Source: an uncultured bacterium
GTDB lineage: Bacteria; Muiribacteriota; UBA9980
Length of the DNA: 53,729 bases
Assembly (NCBI GenBank): GCA_964436235.1
Contig: CAYTCW010000008.1
Coordinates: 2,006-55,734, forward strand
Direction: 5' to 3'
The position numbers and the translations under genes were made by a program. Of this stretch, positions 43,131 through 51,359 are shown in pieces; positions within the stretch are counted from its first letter, which is position 1; every line of letters begins with the position of its first letter. The notes under the pieces were generated by a model. That model did not search any database, was not told the DNA's origin, and worked only from the letters and a program-made list of their open reading frames with translations.

Positions 43131-43280
43131 ATATTAAGTTGTCAACGAAACGCAACGGCTGTGCTATGGCTAAAGCGTGTTAAGTAGTTTAACGGGTTGT
43201 TAAGTTGTTAATTTTATTGTAACAAATTTTCGTCTATAAGTCAAGACAAAAAGTTGTTATTTTTAAAAATATTTTTATTT

Positions 43281-43553
43281 ATGCGTAAAATAGTTGAAAT
43301 CATTGAGATAATAAGACAACATAAAAATTTAAAAAGCGAAGCGCAAGTCGCGGCGGCTATTAACATGAGCCAGCAAGCGTTAAACAAGCATAAAATTCGC
43401 GGTAGCTATCCCTATGACCAGTTAATAGCCTTTTGCGAAGACGAAAGTTTATCATTCGATTGGCTCGTAATTGGCCGTGAACCGGCCGATAAAGAAAAAG
43501 AGATCGACGAGCTGCGGAAGCTTTTAAAGTCGGTCGAGAAAAAATTGAAATAG
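43281..43553 (+). CDS. CI-like HTH regulator, paralogue 3
   Basis: ATG at 43281: MRKIVEIIEIIRQHKNLKSEAQVAAAINMSQQALNKHKIRGSYPYDQLIAFCEDESLSFDWLVIGR.. Confidence 0.65.
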   Translation: MRKIVEIIEIIRQHKNLKSEAQVAAAINMSQQALNKHKIRGSYPYDQLIAFCEDESLSFDWLVIGREPADKEKEIDELRKLLKSVEKKLK

Positions 43554-43566
43554 TAATGGAGTAAAA

Positions 43567-44241
43567 ATGCTGAAGTGGTTAACGATATTGCTTTCGGCCA
43601 TTTTCTTAATATTTGGTCCTGCATGCGCCGCGGCTGAAATAGATAGCAAACTTTCGAAAGTTGAAAAATATTTTTTTAATTATGGTATAGATCTGTCAAA
43701 ACTAACAACCGAAGAGGTTAAGACCTTATTTGAAGTACCAAAACAGTTCGGCAAAGCCGAAACCGGCGAACTTAATATTAATGACGCAAAGCAATTCGAA
43801 GCCAATCTCAACGCTCTTCACGAATATCTATCTAAAGGATCTAAAATAGAATTTCATTTTAAAGAATTGGAATTCAATTCCTGGTTAAATTATAGAGGGT
43901 TAATATTAATCGATAAACAAAAAGAAATTAAATATATAAAATTTGAATTTGAACCGTCGGTAATAAAAATGTTGATCGCACTTAAAATCAGGGATATTAA
44001 TGTTTATTGCTTGTTGGTGGCCAGTCCTCAAATAAATAGCGAAACCGAAACATTAGATTTAAACTGTAAATATTACATTGGAAATTATGAAATTTCTAAT
44101 AGCGACGGTCTTTTTTATAAACTCTTAAATTATCAATCAAAAATTTCTTTGAATAATTTGAAATTCGGCAATAACGCTTTTCAATTATTGAAAATGGCAA
44201 TGTTAAAAGAAAAACTTGTAATAGAAATTAAAGAAAAATAA
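43567..44241 (+). CDS. Secreted hypothetical protein
   Basis: Signal peptide MLKWLTILLSAIFLIFGPACAAAE. AT-rich. Confidence 0.5.
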   Translation: MLKWLTILLSAIFLIFGPACAAAEIDSKLSKVEKYFFNYGIDLSKLTTEEVKTLFEVPKQFGKAETGELNINDAKQFEANLNALHEYLSKGSKIEFHFKELEFNSWLNYRGLILIDKQKEIKYIKFEFEPSVIKMLIALKIRDINVYCLLVASPQINSETETLDLNCKYYIGNYEISNSDGLFYKLLNYQSKISLNNLKFGNNAFQLLKMAMLKEKLVIEIKEK

Positions 44242-44251
44242 CGGAGGAACC

Positions 44252-44689
44252 ATGTTAAAACGTTTATTAATAATAGTTTTGGGTGTATTTTTATTTATAG
44301 GAACCGCATCGGCGGCAGAAACTCAAGAAGTAAATACCGTTTTACCGATTACGACAGAAATTGAATTATACGACGTAAAGGCCATAATGAGTAAAGGTTC
44401 ATACAGCACACCAACGCCGGGCGTAAGTTTTAAACTTAAAAATAACGGAAAAGATACAATAGAAGACGTTGAAGTGGTAATATTTTTTAAAGACAAAGAC
44501 GGCAAAATAATTCACGAAGAAAGCTATAATCCGCTAAGAAAAATCTTTACAACTCCGCAAAAACTTTTAAAGCCTGGATATATATGGCAAATCGAAAGAG
44601 AAAAGTTTTACCTGGCGCCGAGCGTACCTACCGAATGGAAAGAAGGCGCAGTAGAGGGAAAAATAATAAACATAGTCAAGAAAAAATAA
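44252..44689 (+). CDS. Secreted hypothetical protein
   Basis: Signal peptide MLKRLLIIVLGVFLFIGTASAAE. SD GGAGGAA. Confidence 0.5.
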   Translation: MLKRLLIIVLGVFLFIGTASAAETQEVNTVLPITTEIELYDVKAIMSKGSYSTPTPGVSFKLKNNGKDTIEDVEVVIFFKDKDGKIIHEESYNPLRKIFTTPQKLLKPGYIWQIEREKFYLAPSVPTEWKEGAVEGKIINIVKKK

Positions 44690-44752
44690 AACAGGCACGG
44701 AGGCGCAAGTTAAATATGCTTTTTACACATTGCAATCAAACCGAGAACGGGC

Positions 44753-44782
44753 TTGACATTTTCAAGTTAGTTGTGCTATAAT
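44753..44782 (+). promoter_or_regulatory. Near-consensus sigma70 promoter
   Basis: TTGACA, 18 nt, TATAAT, with TGC immediately upstream of -10. Confidence 0.55.
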
Positions 44783-44812
44783 GTTAATGAAAATAAAGAC
44801 GAGGAGGCCATT

Positions 44813-45019
44813 ATGACGCATACAAGAACTTTTTATTTATTTAACGAGCCTTCTTTTTTCAGTGGAATGTCTCGCACCATGGATATTGGCGGAACCTTTA
44901 ATTCTTATAATAATTCTAAAACACCTGAAGAAGCAGATATACGCGCCTTACAACTCGATTGGCTCTGCGTAGGCGACGATCTCGTTTATGCCATCAATAA
45001 AGGTAAAGAATCGGAATGA
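44813..45019 (+). CDS. Hypothetical small protein (68 aa)
   Basis: ATG at 44813 with SD GAGGAGG. Its stop overlaps the start of the next gene (ATGA). Confidence 0.5.
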   Translation: MTHTRTFYLFNEPSFFSGMSRTMDIGGTFNSYNNSKTPEEADIRALQLDWLCVGDDLVYAINKGKESE

Positions 45020-45453
45020 CTAACAAAAGCCCTATTTTGAAAGACAAAAACAAACCACATTTAATTCAGCAACAATCTGCTTTTTATCACGGGCCGATTC
45101 CGCCCCCTGAAATTTTACAGCGATTTGAGCTTATTCAACCCGGATTCGCCGATCGTATTTTAAAAATGGCAGAAACCCAGGCGGCTCATCGTCAACACCT
45201 TGAAAAATCTGTTATAGAATCGGACATTTCGCTGGCGCATAAAGGGTCTCTTTTTGGTTTTTTAATCGGCCTTGCAGGTATGGTTACCGCCGCATATTTT
45301 GCTCATCTCGGCCACCCCGGCTACGCCACTTTATTTGGTGGCACTACTTTAGGCGGTCTAATCAGTATTTTTGTTTATGGTAAAAAAATGCAAAAACAGC
45401 AACTTGAACAAAAACAAGCCGAAGCAGTCGTGCCTTCAAAGATTAATCAATAA
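45016..45453 (+). CDS. DUF2335-like membrane protein
   Basis: YHGPIPPPEILQRFELIQPGFADRILKMAETQAAHRQHLE, followed by two TM helices. Confidence 0.6.
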   Translation: MTNKSPILKDKNKPHLIQQQSAFYHGPIPPPEILQRFELIQPGFADRILKMAETQAAHRQHLEKSVIESDISLAHKGSLFGFLIGLAGMVTAAYFAHLGHPGYATLFGGTTLGGLISIFVYGKKMQKQQLEQKQAEAVVPSKINQ

Positions 45454-45465
45454 AAAAATATAAAA

Positions 45466-45774
45466 TTGTCAACGATTGAAATCACACAGCCCCGAGTTCG
45501 AACGCGGGGAGTAGAGCCAACAATTTTATTAATTCACGGCTGGCGCTTTTTCTTTTACTCCAACGAAGGAAGCGAGCCGATTCATGTTCATTGCCAGAAA
45601 GGCGACATGGAATGTAAATACTGGTTGAACGTCGATTTTATTGACATCGAGGAAGATTATTCGTATAATATGGGGCCGAAGGACAAACGCGATGTAAGAA
45701 AGATCATATTTGCATATTTCGAATTTATAGAAACTCAATGGAATAAATTTCAGGAGGAACGCCGCCATGAATAA
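45466..45774 (+). CDS. DUF4160-like protein
   Basis: ..GWRFFFYSNEGSEPIHVHCQKGDMECKYWL.. TTG start with no clear SD. Confidence 0.5.
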   Translation: MSTIEITQPRVRTRGVEPTILLIHGWRFFFYSNEGSEPIHVHCQKGDMECKYWLNVDFIDIEEDYSYNMGPKDKRDVRKIIFAYFEFIETQWNKFQEERRHE

Positions 45775-46021
45775 ACGCCATGAAATTACTGACTTGAAAA
45801 TTGAAAACGAAAGCCTGATAATCACGATAGACGGCCAAACCAGAGAGTTTAAACTTGAAGATGTTTCGAAAAGGCTTGCTGGCGCATCCACCGTTGAACG
45901 CTCAAACGTCGTTATATCGCCTTCCGGTTACGGTCTTCACTGGCCGCTGATCGACGAAGATATTTCAATCGACGCACTGCTCGGAATTTCTCATAAGTCT
46001 AAACTCAATAAGGCCGCCTGA
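45767..46021 (+). CDS. DUF2442-like protein
   Basis: ..ITDLKIENESLIITIDGQTREFKL..ISPSGYGLHWPLIDEDISIDALLG. 8-nt overlap with the DUF4160-like gene. Confidence 0.55.
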   Translation: MNKRHEITDLKIENESLIITIDGQTREFKLEDVSKRLAGASTVERSNVVISPSGYGLHWPLIDEDISIDALLGISHKSKLNKAA

Positions 46022-46092
46022 TGTGTTCGAGCGCGGGGAGTAAAGAAATCCATGCTCGTCAGCAACTACTAAAGAAAATAGGAGTCGTACAA

Positions 46093-46320
46093 ATGTCGAA
46101 ATGCCAATATTTACAAATAAATAGTGAATTCAGTATATGCGAAATTCTCTCTCGACTCCCACTCGGATTGGGAGCTGCAGATGAATGTTTTTATAATGAT
46201 CGTAAACTCTATGACGGCATGAATAATTGTGAATTAAGAAAAAAGGGATATAAGTGTACGGCCGAAGAAGCAGAAAATTTTCTAAACAACATTGAAAAAA
46301 ATAATAAAAAAACAGATTAA
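46093..46320 (+). CDS. Hypothetical Cys-containing small protein
   Basis: ATG at 46093 with SD AGGAG. Confidence 0.4.
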   Translation: MSKCQYLQINSEFSICEILSRLPLGLGAADECFYNDRKLYDGMNNCELRKKGYKCTAEEAENFLNNIEKNNKKTD

Positions 46321-46338
46321 AATAAGCGGAGACAAGTA

Positions 46339-46662
46339 ATGAGTGGATGGGAACAAATTTATAATGATAACTCAAATCTATTTAATGATTGTAACAAAGT
46401 ATCATTTGGGTTTATATTAAAAACTAAAACGGGAGATAGCATTTCGATAAAACTTGTAAAAGATAATAAACGTTTTTTCGCCTTCTCAAGCCATTATCCT
46501 AAAGCACCGGATTCAGGAAAAGAATATAAACCAGGCATAAACTTTGGTAGTACTGCTGATGAAGCATTTGAAAATTTACTAAAGGCTTGGAGGCTTTATT
46601 GTATTTCAGACGATCCCACAAAAATAAAATGGATTGAAAATAATTCGTTTGATTTTTTATGA
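46339..46662 (+). CDS. Hypothetical protein (107 aa)
   Basis: ORF with SD GGAG. AT-rich. Confidence 0.4.
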   Translation: MSGWEQIYNDNSNLFNDCNKVSFGFILKTKTGDSISIKLVKDNKRFFAFSSHYPKAPDSGKEYKPGINFGSTADEAFENLLKAWRLYCISDDPTKIKWIENNSFDFL

Positions 46663-46861
46663 ATAGCGCGATCGGCAGACACGAGGGAGGCGGGGAAGCG
46701 GCGGGAACTTGACAATGATCGTAAATAGTAATATAGTCTGGCGGTATCGCATATAATCGAAGGCAATAATAAAATTTCGAAAGAATAAATTATGTTAATT
46801 GAAGAAAAAGTTTTTTTTAAAAATATAATGACGCTTTAATTTATATACATAAAATTTCCCC

Positions 46862-46890
46862 TTGACAAACGCTACTACTAAATATATAAT
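46862..46890 (+). promoter_or_regulatory. Perfect consensus sigma70 promoter upstream of the methylase/ATPase pair
   Basis: TTGACA, 17 nt, TATAAT, 30 nt upstream of the ATG at 46920 (SD AAGGAGG). Confidence 0.6.
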
Positions 46891-46919
46891 TAAATATATT
46901 TTATATTCAAGGAGGCGCC

Positions 46920-47771
46920 ATGCCCAGAACTCCCAGCCCTTTACGATATCCGGGCGGCAAAACAGTTTACGCATCGATGATATCAGAAATAATCCAGGAA
47001 AATAATTTATCGGGCTGTTCCTATGCAGAGCCTTTTGCGGGTGGGGCCGGCGCTGCCATTACGCTATTGTTAAACAATCAAGTCAAAGATATTTGGTTAA
47101 ATGATTTCGACTATTCCATTTATGCTTTTTGGTATTCGATTTTAAAAAGAACAGATGAATTTATTCAAAAAATTATTTTTACCCCTATTACAATCAGTGA
47201 ATGGAAAAAGCAAAAAGCAATATATACCAATAAAAGCGTTAAAAAAGATATACTTTCAATTGGCTTTGCAACTTTTTATCTTAACCGATGCAATCGAGCC
47301 GGAATTTTATTGGCCAACCCCATTGGTGGCATTAACCAAACCGGTAAAGATCAAATTGACGCCAGATTTAAAAAAGAAGTATTAATTTCTAAAATCAAAA
47401 AAATTGCACAGCAAAAAAGTCGGATACATTTATTTAATCTCGACGCGATTGATTTTATTGACGTTATTAAAAAAGAAACATCAAAAATCATGGTCTATTT
47501 TGACCCTCCTTATTATAAAAAGGGAGAATTATTATATTTAAATTTTTATCGTCACAACGATCATAAAAAACTTTCAAAAAAAATCATTAATTCTAAATTA
47601 ACGTGGTTACTTTCTTATGATGACCATCCCGAAATAGTTGATCTGTATAACAAATTTCCGGTTTACAAAAGAAGATTACATTACTCAGTGTCTAATTCAT
47701 CTTGGGCTCAAGAATTAATAATTAGCAACCTAAATATTCCCAAAAATTTAAGAGGTCAAAATGCCAGTTAA
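46920..47771 (+). CDS. Dam-family (D12 class) N6-adenine DNA methyltransferase
   Basis: SPLRYPGGK, EPFAGGAG, NRCNRAG, and YFDPPYY (DPPY catalytic motif). Confidence 0.85.
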   Translation: MPRTPSPLRYPGGKTVYASMISEIIQENNLSGCSYAEPFAGGAGAAITLLLNNQVKDIWLNDFDYSIYAFWYSILKRTDEFIQKIIFTPITISEWKKQKAIYTNKSVKKDILSIGFATFYLNRCNRAGILLANPIGGINQTGKDQIDARFKKEVLISKIKKIAQQKSRIHLFNLDAIDFIDVIKKETSKIMVYFDPPYYKKGELLYLNFYRHNDHKKLSKKIINSKLTWLLSYDDHPEIVDLYNKFPVYKRRLHYSVSNSSWAQELIISNLNIPKNLRGQNAS

Positions 47772-49482
47772 CGAAGGAATAAAAGTTACAAAAATTAAAA
47801 TTGATAAATTTCGCAGATTCGAAAATATTGAATTTGAAATAGGCAAAAATATCACTCTAATTTCAGGTCAAAATGGTACTTCAAAATCTACATTATTGGG
47901 CATGCTCGCTCAACCTTTTTCGTTTGGAGTAATTCAAGGCGAAAAAGCACGCAAACCCGACAATTCAAAATATACAAGTAATTATCACGGTATTAATTTG
48001 GCCGAAAAAATTGATTTAGCGGAAAAACCTTTTGCATATGATTGTGAAGATGTTTTTCGCTTATCGACTACTCACGATTCGATTCAAAAAAACTATGTTT
48101 ACAAACTATACTTATCAGGTAATTGTATCGAACCCGACATTATAAAAAATGGACTTTTAATCCGGACTCAAGCGCGACCCAAAAAACGCAATGAAAAAGT
48201 TGCACGTATTCGATTTGTAACCAGTCCTGGTTCAAAATCAAGTAGCGGAGCCGGAGAAGGCAATTTCCCGCATCCTGTAATTTATTTTGGGTTAAATCGT
48301 CATTGGCCAATGGCGCTTTTAAAAAAAGTTACAGTGGAGCTTCATCAAGGAATGGACAAACAAGATGAAGAATGGTTTACTGAAAAATATAAAGATATTT
48401 TACTCCTAAATCAAGAGCAACATCGGCTTGAACAAATAAAAACCGATTTTGGAGCAAAAAAAAATTTGCTTAGTGCTGCCGGTTGCGATTATGATGGTGA
48501 AAGTTTATCTGCTGGGCAAGATAACCTTGGTCAAATTTTAGCCGCCGTTCTTTCTTTCAAGCGCCTTAAGAAAGATTTGGGACAAAAATATCAAGGTGGG
48601 CTAATTTTAATTGACGAAATCGATTCGACGTTACATGCTTGGGCCCAAATTCGTTTATTTGAATTATTATCCGAAGTTTCTAAAGAGTATCAATTGCAAA
48701 TTGTCGCTACAACACACTCGATGTTTTTGCTTAAACATGCTTTTCAGTCAAGTTTAAGAAAAGATGTGAAAGTAATATATTTAAAAAGAGAAGATAACGG
48801 CATTGTTGATAGTGGTTTTAGTTCGTTTGAAGAAATAGAAAATAACTTAACGGTTCAGTTCAAACCCAAAATCCCCAAAACCGTTTCAAAGATTTCATAT
48901 ATTTTTGAAGATAACATAACAAAAGAAATGTTTTTTGGAATTATCGGCAATTCGCTTAACAAATATTTTAAACTTCATACGTTAAAATCTATAAGTGCCT
49001 GTACGTTAGCGAGTATTGCATACCTTAAAGTACCAGAGTTCAAAAATGTTTTAATGGTTGTCGATGGAGATGTAAGATCTAAAATGCCTAAAAACATTGA
49101 AAATTTAATTATCTTGCCTGGAAATCATAGACCAGAAACGCTATTATATCTTTGTCTTAGAGACTTAAAAGATTCAGATCAATTTTGGAAGAATTCTAAT
49201 TTTACCGGCTATTCAAAACAAGCTGTTATTGGCACATATCAATCACAGCTTGATAAGGCGGATTTAGATTCTGATGTGGATAAACCCAAATTTAAAGCTT
49301 GGTATGATAAACATAGAAAATGTTGGGGAATTAAAAGTAACATCGCTTTTCAAAAATGGGCCGAAATCAATAAAAACGAATGTAAACAATTTTGTAAATC
49401 GTTTTTTGAAATTCTCAATAAAATATTACATGGTCGCATTTCAAAAGCCGAATACGATAAAATTTTTAAAAAATATTCATAA
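47761..49482 (+). CDS. ABC-type (OLD/AAA_15-21-like) ATPase with a C-terminal Toprim-like region
   Basis: Walker A GQNGTSKST, signature LSAGQ, Walker B LILIDEIDSTLH, H-loop VATTHS. The C-terminus has IFEDN ... VVDGDVR ... LPGNHRPE. The start overlaps the methylase stop by 11 nt. Confidence 0.7.
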   Translation: MPVNEGIKVTKIKIDKFRRFENIEFEIGKNITLISGQNGTSKSTLLGMLAQPFSFGVIQGEKARKPDNSKYTSNYHGINLAEKIDLAEKPFAYDCEDVFRLSTTHDSIQKNYVYKLYLSGNCIEPDIIKNGLLIRTQARPKKRNEKVARIRFVTSPGSKSSSGAGEGNFPHPVIYFGLNRHWPMALLKKVTVELHQGMDKQDEEWFTEKYKDILLLNQEQHRLEQIKTDFGAKKNLLSAAGCDYDGESLSAGQDNLGQILAAVLSFKRLKKDLGQKYQGGLILIDEIDSTLHAWAQIRLFELLSEVSKEYQLQIVATTHSMFLLKHAFQSSLRKDVKVIYLKREDNGIVDSGFSSFEEIENNLTVQFKPKIPKTVSKISYIFEDNITKEMFFGIIGNSLNKYFKLHTLKSISACTLASIAYLKVPEFKNVLMVVDGDVRSKMPKNIENLIILPGNHRPETLLYLCLRDLKDSDQFWKNSNFTGYSKQAVIGTYQSQLDKADLDSDVDKPKFKAWYDKHRKCWGIKSNIAFQKWAEINKNECKQFCKSFFEILNKILHGRISKAEYDKIFKKYS

Positions 49483-49514
49483 AAATGGGTTTCCCCTTCT
49501 CAGCGTGGCTTTTT

Positions 49515-50332
49515 TTATTTACTCACCCTCCCCGCAGTAATCTCGCAGTATTCCGGACTCAACTCCGCGGCGAGCCACGGCCGACCGAGATACTCGGCAA
49601 CCTCTGCGACAGTCCCAGAGCCGCAGAAGGCGTCGAATACAATCGACTCCGGCCCGGAATACCCCTTGATTATGGTCTCGATGAGCCCGACCGGCTTCTG
49701 CGTCGGGTGAGCCGTGCGCTCCGCCCGCGGCATCGAAGACTTGTTCGGAAAGTAAAGACCGACACCGGCCAGCGCGTTCCTTTGTTCTCAGTGGCTATTT
49801 TGTTTTTCGGCGTGCAATGCTGTTGTGCCTGGTACTGAGTAAGCTTCGCCTGGCTCGCGCCGGACTTAACCTTCACATGATACGGCGCGCCGGCCGTCAT
49901 GATGTCCTTGCGGTTAAACGGCAGAAGGCTCACGCGCTTGAGTTCCTGCTTATGGAAGGCGTATATTATTTCGTGCTTCGAAGCCGGCTTAACGGCGCCG
50001 AACGCCGGGACGAAATTCGGCTTAACCCATATATATTCGAACTTCCTTTTAAACCCTGCTCTTAATGCCTCGTGCGCCATCTCGACCGTGCCGACCAGGA
50101 AGAACCAGCCGTTATCTTTTAATATGCGTTTAAACTCGACGAAGATCGCTCGGAAGTCAAGATCTGTCTTATCGAAGTCGAGGTTAGTGGTCAGCCAGGG
50201 TGGATCTGTCACGATCAGGCTGATCGTCTTATCTGGGATTGCCTTCATGAGCTCTATGCAGTCGGCGTTATAGAGCTCGCCGAGCTGGGTTTTAAAATAC
50301 GGGGTAAATTTTGAACGTACACTTTCGAACAT
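49515..50332 (-). pseudogene. Beta-class N4/N6 DNA methyltransferase interrupted by a frameshift
   Basis: ORF 49670..50332 carries LIVTDPPW (motif IV). A second frame, open from ~49780, reads ..ALAGVGLYFPNKSSMPRAERTAHPTQKPVGL..VFDAFCGSGT (motif I). The frame change lies near 49760-49790. Confidence 0.75.
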
Positions 50333-50480
50333 TTGAATTTTCCTTTCTTTTAATTGATTTTAACCTTTAAGTCTGATTTCGTTTACTTTCATTTGACTTC
50401 TATATTTAAATGTGTTAATATATAATCGAGAGTAGAAAGTATAATCAAATTAGTGTTTTAAGGTATAAGGAGAGAAAACT

Positions 50481-50717
50481 ATGCTTGAAACTGAATTTAA
50501 TTATTTTAAAGCTCATCAAGATGAACTGGTAAAAAAATATAATAATAAAATTTTAATTATTCGCGGGAACGAAGTTGTAGGAACTTTTAATAATAATAAA
50601 GAAGCCTATAATTTTGGAACCCAAAATTTTGGTTTGGGTAATTTCATGCTCCAAAAATGCATCCCAGGACCTGAAGCATATACTGTAACTATTTCTTCCA
50701 ATGTGGTGAAATTTTAA
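50481..50717 (+). CDS. DUF5678-like small protein
   Basis: 78 aa; ..FKAHQDELVKKYNNKILIIRGNEVVGTFNNNKEAYNFG.. SD AAGGAGAG. Its stop shares one nt with the next start (TAATG). Confidence 0.5.
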   Translation: MLETEFNYFKAHQDELVKKYNNKILIIRGNEVVGTFNNNKEAYNFGTQNFGLGNFMLQKCIPGPEAYTVTISSNVVKF

Positions 50718-51322
50718 TGATTGTTCCGCCAAGAGTTCATGCATTTAGATTAGAATACCCAGGCTTAACTAATAGAATTATTACTGATCTTCATATTTTT
50801 CAGGCTTTCGATCCTGACGATCATCCTAAAGGCCCACCAACACCACCAATAAAAGTAAAAGCATTGTGGGATACTGGCGCTACAAGTAGCGTAATTACAA
50901 AAGAGACCGCCCAAAAATTGTGTCTTATTCCTATTAACACCGTTAACGTCAATCATGCTGGTGGTACAAGCCCAGCTAATGCTTATATGGTTAATGTTTA
51001 TTTGCCTAACAATGTTGGAGTTCCAATGCTTCAAGTCATAGAGTGCCCAGGAACTGACGATTCCTTTGGCGCCATTATAGGCATGGATATTATTTGTCGT
51101 GGAGATTTTTCAATAACAAACACTGAAGGTAAAACGTGTGTAAATTTTTGCTTGCCTGCGATGCATAATTACAATTTTGTTAATGAGTTGAAAGAAATTG
51201 GTACGCTAAAACCAGAGGCCCATCCTAAAATTGGTCGTAACGATCTTTGCCCATGTGGCAAATTAAATTCTGAAGGACGACGTTTGAAATATAAACGTTG
51301 TTGTGGAAAAACGAATATGTAA
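50717..51322 (+). CDS. Retropepsin-like (clan AA) aspartic protease with a C-terminal SEC-C motif
   Basis: WDTGATSSVI (catalytic DTGA), GAIIGMDII, and C-terminal CPCGKLNSEGRRLKYKRCCG. Confidence 0.7.
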   Translation: MIVPPRVHAFRLEYPGLTNRIITDLHIFQAFDPDDHPKGPPTPPIKVKALWDTGATSSVITKETAQKLCLIPINTVNVNHAGGTSPANAYMVNVYLPNNVGVPMLQVIECPGTDDSFGAIIGMDIICRGDFSITNTEGKTCVNFCLPAMHNYNFVNELKEIGTLKPEAHPKIGRNDLCPCGKLNSEGRRLKYKRCCGKTNM

Positions 51323-51359
51323 TTGTCAAAGCATCGCAACCAAGCAAGTAAAAAGAAAA

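Noticed and set aside
49485-49838. 117-aa plus-strand ORF downstream of the ATPase gene
   Set aside because: It is antisense to the methyltransferase motif-I region (FDAFCGSGT is on the minus strand). Its Arg/Pro-rich translation is typical of a GC-rich shadow frame.
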